The notes under the pieces are model-generated. The model was not told the DNA's origin, made no database searches, and worked only from the letters and a program-made list of their open reading frames with translations. DNA of 64,000 bases from Nitrospirales bacterium (GTDB lineage: Bacteria; Nitrospirota; Nitrospiria; Nitrospirales; UBA8639), in the NCBI GenBank assembly GCA_965223295.1, contig CBDCWC010000003.1:1152001-1216000 (forward strand), written 5' to 3'. The position numbers and the translations under genes were made by a program. How positions within the stretch are numbered: the stretch's first letter is position 1; each line of letters starts with the position of its first letter. Below, one piece after another: positions 17,901-27,700 of the stretch.

Positions 17901-19010
17901 TGGTTCAAAATCCAAGTGACTCGATTCAGAGTAGAGTTCGTCTTCTGAATGAGCATACCCCCGAAAAATCGTGACATTTCGACGATCAAAGTTGGAATTG
18001 ACCACCGCAAAATCTTGGTTCCCGTCCTTATCAAAATCCCCAATGGCGACGGAATGGGGCCCATCTCGTGTCGTAGCAGGCGAACCAACATCCACAGAAT
18101 TTGGGAACTGCCCAAAACCATTGCCAAAATAAATCGTTGCTGTGGAAAGAGTTCCGTTATGGGCAACCAGGATATCCTCGCTGCCATCCTGATCCATATC
18201 GGCAATGGCAACCGATCGCGGATTGACTCCATCTCGTTGTTCAATAAGAAGTGGGGATTCAAACTCAAAGGAATCCCGCCCCAGTAAAATGGAGACGCTC
18301 GAGTCTTGGGCAATAATGACATCGGGAATGGTATCGGCATTAAGATTCCCGACAGCGAGAGAACGCGAAGGGCTCTCCAACTTAATGGTCTTTCTGGGGA
18401 GGCTTATACGGCTCGGATCATCAAAGAAATACAACGAGTCATCCCCAATCACCGCAAGATCCGTGGTGCCAGATTGGTCAAAATCTCCTACAGCCATGGC
18501 TATGGGAGCGGTTCTTTCGCCAAAGCGCAGGATTGACCGGTTGGCAAGTGGGAAGCTCCCATTGCCATCTCCCAACAGGATCAAGATCCGTCCTGGTTTG
18601 GCCTGAGCTAATACCGCAAGATCTGGGTTATTATCTTGATTAAAGTCTCCCGACACCGCTGCCATCAAATCCAATGTACGTTTGGAGCGCTCTAAATCAC
18701 CCGTTCGTACCGAGATGCTTTCCCCAGGATCTTGAAATGTACCATTCTCTCTACCTAACAACAGGCGAAGACCATCGTCCCTCTCTTCCCCTTCATCTCG
18801 ATTGACTGCCACAAGGTCTAAGTGTCCGTCGCGATTAAAGTCAGCGATGACGACCTCCGTCGTCATTCGAGAGGGCCCAAAAAATCTGGTCGTGCGTTCA
18901 AATTCTGCGAAAGCGACACTGCTCAGGAGCGAAGTGAGACAACACATAAATAGCGCAACACCGAGTGCCCGCAGACGGGTGTATGGTTGAAGCAAGGCGT
19001 TCGCCACCAT
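14901..19010 (-). CDS. Large exported protein: FG-GAP/VCBS repeats, InlB-B-like repeat, 8 PASTA domains, CSLREA motif and beta-helix
   Basis: Signal peptide ending VAFA; repeated DFNxDGxxDL; VPNVVGQTQ..GNVISQNP..VNLVVS x8; CTLRAAVQESN; GGG-rich beta-helix tail; GGAGG precedes ATG at 19010 (ORF track starts 19094). Confidence 0.85.
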   Translation of the reverse strand: MVANALLQPYTRLRALGVALFMCCLTSLLSSVAFAEFERTTRFFGPSRMTTEVVIADFNRDGHLDLVAVNRDEGEERDDGLRLLLGRENGTFQDPGESISVRTGDLERSKRTLDLMAAVSGDFNQDNNPDLAVLAQAKPGRILILLGDGNGSFPLANRSILRFGERTAPIAMAVGDFDQSGTTDLAVIGDDSLYFFDDPSRISLPRKTIKLESPSRSLAVGNLNADTIPDVIIAQDSSVSILLGRDSFEFESPLLIEQRDGVNPRSVAIADMDQDGSEDILVAHNGTLSTATIYFGNGFGQFPNSVDVGSPATTRDGPHSVAIGDFDKDGNQDFAVVNSNFDRRNVTIFRGYAHSEDELYSESSHLDFEPYRTTPTTGLPKKIIDGEVDPNTGANRDLLFDSEDDEVPYALYIEDLDGDEDLDLVTANFSHNGIGLLIYERGFIANLAVSFAGTGTGQITARPGPNMSETNCFNDCTIQYDLLQPPTSVTLTPTPTRPNGGQLSIFSGWTGCLSTSGNQCTVEMGSDQQVTATFVEPVIVPNVVGQTQGAAGNTLSGANLSVGNVTQQASGNVAAGNVISQNPTAGASVAPGSNVNLVVSSGPAQVTVPNVVGQTQGAAGNTLSGANLSVGNVTQQASGNVAAGNVISQNPTAGASVAPGSNVNLVVSSGPAQVTVPNVVGQTQGAAGNTLSGANLSVGNVTQQASGNVAAGNVISQNPTAGASVAPGSNVNLVVSSGPAQVTVPNVVGQTQGAAGNTLSGANLSVGNVTQQASGNVAAGNVISQNPTAGASVAPGSNVNLVVSSGPAQVTVPNVVGQTQGAAGNTLSGANLSVGNVTQQASGNVAAGNVISQNPTAGASVAPGSNVNLVVSSGPAQVTVPNVVGQTQGAAGNTLSGANLSVGNVTQQASGNVAAGNVISQNPTAGASVAPGSNVNLVVSSGPAQVTVPNVVGQTQGAAGNTLSGANLSVGNVTQQASGNVAAGNVISQNPTAGASVAPGSNVNLVVSSGPAQVTVPNVVGQTQGAAGNTLSGANLSVGNVTQQASGNVAAGNVISQNPTAGASVAPGSNVNLVVSSGINTTGVNTFDDGADANPGNQVCETQNGNGVCTLRAAVQESNALDGAQTITLPSGTYTISLPGQDEDSGSTGDLDITDNLTITSSSGNPSTVIILGGGLDRVFDIPQGSPTVTITGVTIQGGNINNSTGGGIRNVAGNLTVEDSVITGNQSAGSGGGLSHLDGTLVISETIVRNNISEGRGGGVQAQDGTVTISGNSQFLNNQANFGGGLSTGNANVSVTNASMTGNQALGGGGGIYKFLHPGDLFPGVQAPTVQLQGTTLQGNTSNDCEGFLINGPNNIIGNTARCNLQSP
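15778..17390. repeat. Tandem array of eight 204-bp units (68-aa PASTA repeat)
   Basis: Units identical as far as I can read except one synonymous change at 15810. Confidence 0.95.
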
Positions 19011-19316
19011 TCGACTTCCTCCCATGAAACATGAAGCTTGAGATATTCTTTGATGGACAAAAACTTTTCCAGCAATCGCACCTCTGGTGAGCATGGTTGG
19101 GGCCTCCTCACTAACTCAAGAATGGTTTCAGAAAACTTTATTCAGTCAATGCGTTCTTACAATTCCTCTTATGAGGAATAGGATAGATTAGAAGAATCTC
19201 TTCATTCGTAAGATTCTTTAGCCAAGAAATAGCCAACTGGTTTTCCGGCTCGTATTGAGCCTTTCCTCTGAGGTACGAGAACACAAATTGCGAAGGAAGT
19301 TCCTTTGTTCAGATCT

Positions 19317-21029
19317 TTATTGAAGGACCACCGAATTGCCAGTGCCATTGACGACAATCAGAGCGGCATCGGGCGAGACATCAATTCCTTGTGTGGGTTG
19401 AAAGTTTGGGGCAATCGAAATTGTATTGCCAGATGGCGCGGAGACAAAACCATTCGTACAGCCTCCCCCGGCGCAAAGTGTATTATTGATAGCAGCAGTG
19501 CTGGAGCCATCTCCGAATAAGAGTGAGCCTCCTGTTAAGCCAAAGTTTGATCCTCCGGAAAGGGCCACCAGACTATCGGCTCCTAACTGACTGCCATTTG
19601 AGAGTGACACCAAATTGCCGTTGACCGCCAAGGTCCCTCCACCGGTGACATCGAAGAGAGACCCTGATGAGAACAAACTGCTTCCATTTAATTCCACAAG
19701 CGCCAATGCATCAGCAGGCAAACTCGCCACCAGTTGGCTCCCTGTAATCTGCACAGCATCTCCGGTCGTGGTAATTTGACTGGCCATAGGACTCGTACTG
19801 TTTGTGGAAACAGCTGCAATCAAAGGGGCGCTGGCCTCCAAAAGAGAGGCGTCAATGATTTCCACGGCAGATTGGGTTGCCGTCTGAGAATTTTGTATGG
19901 AGATCACAGGATCTGTTGACGTACCACGGAGCAGCCCTCCAGAAGACACCGAGACCAAAGAATGAATATCATCGGATCCACCTATGCCAATGTCAGTGTT
20001 TGTCAGAACTAAAGTACTGGTATTACTTTCAACTTGTTGACCCCGCGTTTCCACAACGTTCTCGTTTGAAATACTGGAGGATATGTCGCTTTCGGTAGTT
20101 GAGATAATAATGCCGGTCCAACCAGGGGCCGAGGGAGCGGAATCTATTCCGGCATCCGGCGTAAAGAGGGCTGCGACAAGCCCATTGGCCTGTGTGGAAT
20201 GCTGTTGCGCGATATACTGCCGAAGTTCTTTGGGGTTTGTTGTATGTTGCGGGGTTTGTTGCAAATCTTGGTTCTGGCAAGATGGGGCCGATACTTTTGA
20301 CTGTGGACCTATTTTCCCGTCTGTCACCTCAACACGATATCGTTCGTACACCGTCAACGGTGAAAATCCACCAAATTGAGATTCGATGATCACACGGCCA
20401 TGTAGGACCTCGATCGTTTCAACTCTTTTCCTCGCCGCAACATCCCTGTTCGCTTGTGAAAATATCCCTTGGTTGTGTCGGGCAAATTCTGTAAGGATGC
20501 GTTGAGGCTGTCGTTCGGTAGCAGCTTGTTCAGATGACAGATTCCTGACATTCGCTCGAAACATAGCTCCAGGTTTTGGACGGACAATCATGGTCGGAGT
20601 CTTAACAGGCACAGCTTCGGCCCTATTGCCACTCCGCCTTTTCGTAGACACACAGGTCTCCCCGCGCACCAACTGAATCACGTTGGGGAAATGCGGTGTT
20701 TGTTCGAGGGCCACTTCTGAATGCTCATTCATGCTGACCAAGGTCTCATCACCCACCAGCATACTCAGGATTGAATTCTGCCTCGTTTCTAGGCGATCAC
20801 CGTAAACCAAAGTCTCCTGTAGAGTGACTTCTTTAGACTGAGGCTGCCTGCTCAATGCAGAAGAATGGAGGCGAGCCTCCCCATTCATGTTTGACACAAT
20901 GCCCACAAATGATTGTGGGGCAAGGACTTGAGCATGCACAGGGATTCGTCCAGGAACAATGAGGAACAACCCAACTAATACCATTCCTGTCACGAGTTCT
21001 TGGCAAGCATTCTGGGTTTGAATTCTCAT
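19317..21029 (-). CDS. FecR-domain exported protein with Ser/Gly/Leu-rich beta-solenoid-like C-terminus
   Basis: Signal peptide (VHAQ); GDRLETRQNS..MNEHSEV..IQLVRG..VKTPT FecR-like pattern; AGGAAGG before ATG 21029 (ORF track starts 21101). Confidence 0.7.
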   Translation of the reverse strand: MRIQTQNACQELVTGMVLVGLFLIVPGRIPVHAQVLAPQSFVGIVSNMNGEARLHSSALSRQPQSKEVTLQETLVYGDRLETRQNSILSMLVGDETLVSMNEHSEVALEQTPHFPNVIQLVRGETCVSTKRRSGNRAEAVPVKTPTMIVRPKPGAMFRANVRNLSSEQAATERQPQRILTEFARHNQGIFSQANRDVAARKRVETIEVLHGRVIIESQFGGFSPLTVYERYRVEVTDGKIGPQSKVSAPSCQNQDLQQTPQHTTNPKELRQYIAQQHSTQANGLVAALFTPDAGIDSAPSAPGWTGIIISTTESDISSSISNENVVETRGQQVESNTSTLVLTNTDIGIGGSDDIHSLVSVSSGGLLRGTSTDPVISIQNSQTATQSAVEIIDASLLEASAPLIAAVSTNSTSPMASQITTTGDAVQITGSQLVASLPADALALVELNGSSLFSSGSLFDVTGGGTLAVNGNLVSLSNGSQLGADSLVALSGGSNFGLTGGSLLFGDGSSTAAINNTLCAGGGCTNGFVSAPSGNTISIAPNFQPTQGIDVSPDAALIVVNGTGNSVVLQ

Positions 21030-21519
21030 TGAAGCCGACCTTCCTGTTAGTTGAGTGTTGAGATACAGTGGTTGACCGTATTCAGCTACATGGGAAAACA
21101 AGGCTGAACCAGAAAGAATTGTCTTGAATCATTCCATTAGTTTGGCATTCAGTCAAGAAAAAAATTCGGAATCAAAAAATAACGAGTTAGAGAGCGCTTA
21201 CATATCGAATCAGAAAAACAAGTATGCTATGGTATCGGCCTTAAGCTCCAAGCATATTCCTTGAAAATTAATAGAACACCTATATATTTCACATTCAAGT
21301 TTACTGAAATATTTACGTGTTGCCCATCCAACAAACTGACGAGAGAGATACACGCCTGGCCAAATCGAGTCTACTTTCAATCTCTCACAATTGAAAACTT
21401 CGATTGGATAGAAAAGAAAAAGTCACAGGCCGCATGCTGACATATTGGGCCTATTGAATAATGATGATATCAACGGTCAAATTTCGTCTCTGTGACGTCA
21501 CATGTATGTCAGAGGCCTC

Positions 21520-21641
21520 GGGGCTGTTCAAAAAAGTCCGTTCAGCAAGGCTGCAGTCATTTTTGCGCGCGGAGCGCATTGGTATGACGTGAGCACGGGA
21601 AAAAGGCGAGAACACCGCTGGCGGCTTTTTTCAACAGACCC
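21520..21641. repeat. ~120-bp palindromic interspersed element, copy 2 (inverted relative to copy 1)
   Basis: Reverse complement aligns along its length with 754-874. Confidence 0.85.
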
Positions 21642-21725
21642 ATATTGGACCTACAACAATTCCTGTGTCAGTACTATGCACACCGTTCAATTAATCCCTT
21701 TTTATCAGGAGAGGACGCACGCCTT

Positions 21726-23387
21726 ATGTCTCACCGAAGAAGACAGACACGGCTTGGCTATAGCTGTGCCATCTTTTTAATCTCCCTGTTTTTTCTTACG
21801 CTTGCTTTGTTCACTTCCGTCCAAGCTGGGCCGCCGGACGCGGAAGTGCTTCTTGCTCAGGGCACATTAGCCTATGACCAACAGCAGTACGACAAAGCCT
21901 TGGCACTTCTGTTAGAAGCCAAGAAACAAGATCCAAAAAATTCCCGTGTGTACTATTACTTGGGGTTGGTTCACCTCGCTCGGCAAGAGCCTGGAAAAGC
22001 TGTGCCCTATCTAGAGCAGGGGATACAACTTCGGCCATCCGATGTCCACTCCCGCTATCAACTTGGGGCCGCTCACTTTGCTCTGCGTGATTACGACAAA
22101 GCGGCGCCACTGTTGTTTGAGGTACATAAAAAGCAACCGGAATTGGATAGTCTTGGCTTCTATGTGGGGTATTTACGATATCGCAAAAAAGATTATCAGG
22201 GAGCGCTCACAGCCTTCGAAGGTGTGCAAACAGAAGATCCAGAAACCCGGCAACTTGCTCGATTTTACCGAGGGATGACACTCGGCATCCTTGGCTTACC
22301 GCAGCAGGCCATTCAAGAACTGGAACAAGTTCAGCAGAATCGGGCCGTCTCACCCCTCACCTCTGCGGCCATTCGTATTAGGGATAATTTGGCCGCACAA
22401 AGAGTCGTTGATGAAAAGAACCCATTGAGGCTTCAACTCAGCGTTGGAGGATTTTACGACGATAATGTGAGAATCAATCCTGATCCGGTTGGGACGATTC
22501 CCAGCCCCAATCAGAATCAGCTTATTGACGATCTTCGTTCCCGCTCCACTCCCTCACCAGGATTCTTGACCTCACTCCTTGCAGAATACTCGTTTTTCCG
22601 TCAAGGCCCATGGGAGGGGATTGCTACCGGCTCGTTTTTCCAGACCGTTAATACAAACGACGGATTAAGTGAATTAAATATCCGTGAATTTTTAGGAGGG
22701 CTGGGAGGGTATTATCGAGGAGAGGTATGGCAAGTCCCCTATCAACTTGGCTTGCACTACAGTTTTTCCTATGTCTTCTTGGAGGACGATCCGTTCCTCA
22801 TGCGAAACCGGCCCACGCTGACTGGAGCGATTGTGGGTCCCTCGTTTACATTGCCCTATATCGGAAATGTCGGCAACCTCACAACTGTGCTGTATCGTTT
22901 CGAATACAAGACCTTTTTCGGGGAAATCGGAGATCATAACTCAAATTTCCGGAGAGAAATCCGAGATGGGCACAACAATATGATCGGCTTTCTTCATGCG
23001 TTTCGTTTCCTGCAGGATACCGCTCTACTGCGAATTGGGTACCAATACGATAATGAAAACACAGATGGAGCTGCGTTCGGGTACACTGGAAATCGGTTTT
23101 TGACTGGGGGGCAGGTCATCCTTCCATGGGGAAGCGTGAAGTTGAACTATGAGTATGACATCCATTGGCGAGCCTACAAGCGCCCTCAAAGTCTCTTTAC
23201 AGATCGAGATGGCTCCTTCGCTCAACGAAACGATATTCAGCAAACTCATGTCGTGCAAATTGTGAAGCCACTTCCCTATAGTCTCTCGGTTATGGCTCAG
23301 TATCAGGGAATCCGCAACTCTTCAAGAATCCCGCTCTATGACTACAAGAAAAATGTGTTTTCTCTCATCGTGACATGGACATATTAG
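21726..23387 (+). CDS. TPR-repeat plus C-terminal beta-barrel outer-membrane protein
   Basis: Signal peptide (VQAG); several TPRs (YYYLGLVHL, YQLGAAHF, FYRGMTL); YDDNV; alternating aromatic strands; ends LIVTWTY; SD-like AGGAGAGG before ATG 21726. Confidence 0.8.
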   Translation: MSHRRRQTRLGYSCAIFLISLFFLTLALFTSVQAGPPDAEVLLAQGTLAYDQQQYDKALALLLEAKKQDPKNSRVYYYLGLVHLARQEPGKAVPYLEQGIQLRPSDVHSRYQLGAAHFALRDYDKAAPLLFEVHKKQPELDSLGFYVGYLRYRKKDYQGALTAFEGVQTEDPETRQLARFYRGMTLGILGLPQQAIQELEQVQQNRAVSPLTSAAIRIRDNLAAQRVVDEKNPLRLQLSVGGFYDDNVRINPDPVGTIPSPNQNQLIDDLRSRSTPSPGFLTSLLAEYSFFRQGPWEGIATGSFFQTVNTNDGLSELNIREFLGGLGGYYRGEVWQVPYQLGLHYSFSYVFLEDDPFLMRNRPTLTGAIVGPSFTLPYIGNVGNLTTVLYRFEYKTFFGEIGDHNSNFRREIRDGHNNMIGFLHAFRFLQDTALLRIGYQYDNENTDGAAFGYTGNRFLTGGQVILPWGSVKLNYEYDIHWRAYKRPQSLFTDRDGSFAQRNDIQQTHVVQIVKPLPYSLSVMAQYQGIRNSSRIPLYDYKKNVFSLIVTWTY

Positions 23388-23442
23388 GAAATCTGGCACA
23401 TGACGTAGACAGGATGAAAAGGCCCTCTTCTATTACTCCTTT

Positions 23443-23462
23443 AGAAGGTGTGAGAACACTAT
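23443..23462 (-). repeat. Degenerate inverted copy of the hairpin motif just after the transposase stop
   Basis: AGAAGGTGTGAGAACACTAT versus AAAGGTGTCAGGAACCTTT. Confidence 0.45.
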
Positions 23463-23464
23463 GG

Positions 23465-24133
23465 TTAATTTCTCTTCGGACGCCCACGCGGGCGGAGGGT
23501 ACTTTCGAGATTCAGTCTGCGGGATATTCGTTGCACCCAAATCTCTTTGCCAAACGGTCGTCCGCGTTGGACGCACCGACGAACAGGCTCTAATTCATCG
23601 TCCGCTTGCGGATTGTTGACCCATTTCACCCACTGGCGTGGACGCTTAACTGGCCACTCGCTCAACCATTGGCTATGTTTAGGGCCTTGAAGACGGCGCC
23701 ATAAACTTGACCAATGCCAGTCTTCAGCAGATTTCACTAATTTGGCACGCAAGGCATTGCCTTCGACATACCGACATACGGTCAGGAAGTGTTCATCCGT
23801 TTGTACGGGAAATGATTTGAAACGACCTTGATACAGATGTCCGCTCCCTACTGAGTGATGTTGCGCATGCCAGCGTTGGGTGTGTGTCAGCGTGAGCCAG
23901 GCCATAAATCGAGATAACTCTCCATCTTGACGCGGCCATAGCACCAAATGCCAGTGGTTTGGCATGACACAATAGGATAAAATCCGCACGGGTGCATATT
24001 CCCGTGCTTCAAGCAGGACGCTTTCCCAAAGTTGATAATCTTGTGGTGACTCAAACATGACTTGCCGGCCATTGGCTCGATTGAGGACATGGTAGATAAT
24101 ACCACCGGCGGCTGCACGTAATGGTCGTCCCAT
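23465..24133 (-). mobile_element. HUH/Y1 transposase, REP-associated tyrosine transposase (RAYT)-like
   Basis: MGRPLR..YHVLNR, YCVMPNHWHL (HUH), GHLYQGRFKS, RYVEGN (catalytic Tyr region), WHWSS, RPRGRP tail. Confidence 0.88.
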
Positions 24134-24139
24134 GATAAA

Positions 24140-24168
24140 ATCTTAACCTTATGGTTTGTAAGGGTCAA
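24140..24168 (-). promoter_or_regulatory. Promoter for the transposase, probably leaderless
   Basis: TTGACC-17 bp-TAAGAT, then 6 nt to ATG. Confidence 0.6.
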
Positions 24169-24171
24169 TAG

Positions 24172-24191
24172 AAAGGTACCTGACACCATTT
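24172..24191 (+). repeat. Hairpin motif copy upstream of transposase, right edge of island
   Basis: AAAGGTACCTGACACCATTT. Confidence 0.65.
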
Positions 24192-24214
24192 TTAAAATTT
24201 ATACGAGAGCAGAA

Positions 24215-24673
24215 TTGGCGCAAAAGACTGCGGCACATCAGGAGGCCGGGGAGCGTATTGTGTTTACCAATGGCTGTTTTGATTTGCTTCATATTGGTCA
24301 TACGCGGTATTTAGAAGAAGCCAAACACCTTGGAGATCGTCTGGTGGTCGGCCTCAATAGTGATGATTCCGTCAGACAGTTATCTAAAGGTCCAGTTCGC
24401 CCAATCGTGACAGCTGCCCAACGCGCGGAAGTGCTTGCCGCTTTAGCTTGCGTGGACTACGTGACCATCTTTGACGAGCCAGATCCGTTGAATCTTATTG
24501 AAGCCATCCGGCCTAATATCCTGGTGAAGGGAGGAGATTGGGCACCAGATCACATTGTAGGAAAAGCATTTGTAGAAGCCCAAGGTGGATCGGTACGGAA
24601 TATCCCGCTTATCCCAGATATTTCTACGACAAAAATTGTTGAACACATCCTTGCCCATCACCCTTTGGCGTGA
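24215..24673 (+). CDS. rfaE2: D-glycero-beta-D-manno-heptose 1-phosphate adenylyltransferase
   Basis: VFTNGCFDLLHIGH, GLNSDDSV, LVKGGDW, STTKI; family-like sequence extends back to KIYTRAE at 24194 with no ATG. Confidence 0.9.
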   Translation: MAQKTAAHQEAGERIVFTNGCFDLLHIGHTRYLEEAKHLGDRLVVGLNSDDSVRQLSKGPVRPIVTAAQRAEVLAALACVDYVTIFDEPDPLNLIEAIRPNILVKGGDWAPDHIVGKAFVEAQGGSVRNIPLIPDISTTKIVEHILAHHPLA

Positions 24674-24720
24674 CCTCCCCAGAAGGCCTATCCTAAATCG
24701 TTTCGTTGTATCGTACCCCC

Positions 24721-27700
24721 ATGAAGCTCCCCTTAGTTGTTCAGACTTTTAAGAACCAGTTGTGGGCATTACAGCCCACCATTCCTGAGACGGCAGCTCC
24801 GCCCTGTGTACTCAGCACCCAACCCGGCTGTTTGGCGTTGGCAATGGCGCTGTCGGCTCAATTGGACGTTCACCTGTCTGCAACCGAGCCCCAGACCTGT
24901 CTCATTCTGACTGCCAAGCAGAAAGAAGCTGAACAACTTTACGAGGATATGAAATTTTTCGCTGATTTTCTTGATGTTGACCACTCCGGGCTTGCATTGT
25001 TTCCTCCTTGGTCCACCGTTCCCTACAACCCGGCACTTCCAGCGCATTCCGTCATTTGTCAGCGCGTGCGAGCCTTACATCGCTTGTCTCAGGGCAAAAA
25101 CACTGTGCTCATTAGTTCACTTCCGGCCGTGCTACACAAATTACTTCCACCTTCTGTTTTTTCCGAAGCCTGCTTTGTTCTTCGGGTAGGGGCAACTATT
25201 GAGCGGGGTTGGCTTCTTCGAGCGCTGGTTCGACTAGGCTATTCGCGAGGTTCGCTGGCAGAAGTTCCTGGTGAATTCAGCGTGCGAGGCGGAATTGTGG
25301 ATATATTCTCCACTGCCCATGATCATCCCGTTCGAATCGAATTTCTCGGCGATACAGTCGAATCCATTCGCACATTTGATCCATCCACACAAGAATCTGT
25401 CTCTCAACTTAAGGAAACTTGGATCCTTCCTACGCGAGAATTTATTCCGCCTCTCACCCAACCGGAGGAACTTTCCCCCATTACTCCAAGCCTGGAATGG
25501 GATCTCCCTCACTACTATCCCCAACTCGTGACACTCTGTGACTATGTACAACATCCCTTGACCGTTTGGCTCTCGCAGCCAATAGATTTGAATACGAACG
25601 CTGCTGATTTCTGGAACTTACTCCTGGAAACCTGGGAACAGTTGAAACCTGGCCATGGACACGCCGAACCAGATCAGCTGTATGAATCATGGGATACTGT
25701 CAAACTGTTCATAAGCATGTGTCCCACCATCTTATGGGATAGCCTAGCTCCCGACTCCATCACCATTCCTCATGTGCCGTTACCCTTGAATGCCCAATCA
25801 CCCGCCAGTGTAGGCTTGGGTGTACGAGGGTTGCCGTTTAAAGAAACCCTGACGAAACTCGATCAACTACGTGCAGAAACAGGAATTTTTTTAGTCGCGC
25901 GGAGTGCGGGGCAAGTCGAACGGCTCATTGCTCTGTTACACGACCACGGATTTCCTGCCAATACCTGGCAGCAACCTTTTCCTCAGGAAACCATCGACGG
26001 CCGGCTACCTTTCTATTGCCTGGAGGGTGAGCTATCGGCAGGATTTATTACACATGAGGGCCGGTTGGCCTTTGTGACCGAAGAAGAACTTTTTGGAAAA
26101 GGTATCAGGCATCGCCCCCAGACGAAAACCCCAACCGCCAAATTTTTCTCAACCTTAGATGATCTGAAAGAAGGCGACCTAGTCGTCCACCTTCAACATG
26201 GCATTGGTCGCTACGTGGGCCTGCGGCGTCTGGATGTCCAAGAATGCGTGAGTGATTATGTTTTGTTGCAATTTGGAGGCACCGACACGCTCTACGTACC
26301 CTTGGACCGGCTGAACCAGATTCATCGATATCGGGGAGCCGAACAGCGCTCACCTCGACTGGATCGGCTCGGCGGTACGGCTTGGGGAAAAACGAAAGCC
26401 AAAGTCAAAAAAGGCATAGAAGACATGACCGAAGAATTGGTCGAACTTTATGCCAACCGTGAAGTCGCACGGCGAGCCGCCTATCAGGAAGACACCTTGT
26501 TAGTACATGAATTCGAAGCGGGGTTTGAGTATGAAGAAACCCCAGACCAACAACGTGCCATCGAAGAAATTGGCCGGGATATGGAATCCCCTAAACCAAT
26601 GGACCGTTTGGTCTGTGGCGACGTGGGTTATGGGAAAACCGAAGTGGCCATGCGGGCTGCATTCAAGGCGATTCAAGCCAATCGCCAAGTGGCAGTCTTA
26701 GTCCCCACCACGCTCTTAGCTCAACAACATTATGAAAATTTCTCCATTCGGTTTGCGCCGTTCCCTGTGAAAATTGGAGTTTTATCACGATTCCAATCGA
26801 CGGCAGGAATCAAAGCCACATTAAAAGACTTAGCTGAAGGAGTGATCGATATTGTTGTTGGGACACATCGCGTGGTGCAAAAAGATGTGGTCTTTAAGCA
26901 ATTGGGGTTAGTCATTATCGACGAAGAGCAATGGTTCGGTGTACGTCATAAAGAACGCCTGAAACAACTTCGGACTCAAGTGGATGTCCTCACGCTTTCA
27001 GCCACACCGATTCCTCGAACCTTGCAAATGGCTTTTTCTGGCGTACGAGATTTATCAGTCATTGAAACGGCGCCGCCGGGCCGATTGGCGGTGGAAACTC
27101 AAGTGCTACGCTTCGATCCCGCGGTCGTCCGGGAAGCTATTCGGCGAGAATTGGCACGGGGTGGACAAGTGTACTATGTTCACAATCGCGTGGAAACCAT
27201 GGAGCAAACCGGCGCATGGTTGCAAGAATTGTTGCCTGAAGCACGAGTGCTGATGGCCCATGGGCAAATGCATGAAAAATTGTTGGAACGCGTCATGCTC
27301 CAATTTTTTCACCAAGAAGCGGATGTCTTATTAGCCTCGGCAATTATCCAATCAGGCCTAGATATCCCCAATGCCAATACTATTCTGGTGGACCGGGCTG
27401 ATTTATTTGGCCTTTCACAACTATATCAATTACGAGGCCGGGTGGGACGCGGCGGCCAGCAAGCCTTTGCCTACCTGTTTACTCCCAATGAAGAGACACT
27501 GAGTACGGATGCACAGAAACGGATGATCGCTATCCAGGAGTTTGCAGAATTGGGATCGGGTTTCCGCATTGCGGCCGCTGATTTAGAAATTCGCGGCGCG
27601 GGTAATTTGCTGGGCAAACAACAATCCGGCAATATTGCGGCTGTCGGGCTGGATCTGTACTTACAAATGGTGGAACAAGCCGTTCAACAGCTCAAGGGGC

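Noticed and set aside
21491-21502. TGTGACGTCACA as a CRP site
   Set aside because: Half-sites are 2 bp apart rather than 6; single occurrence
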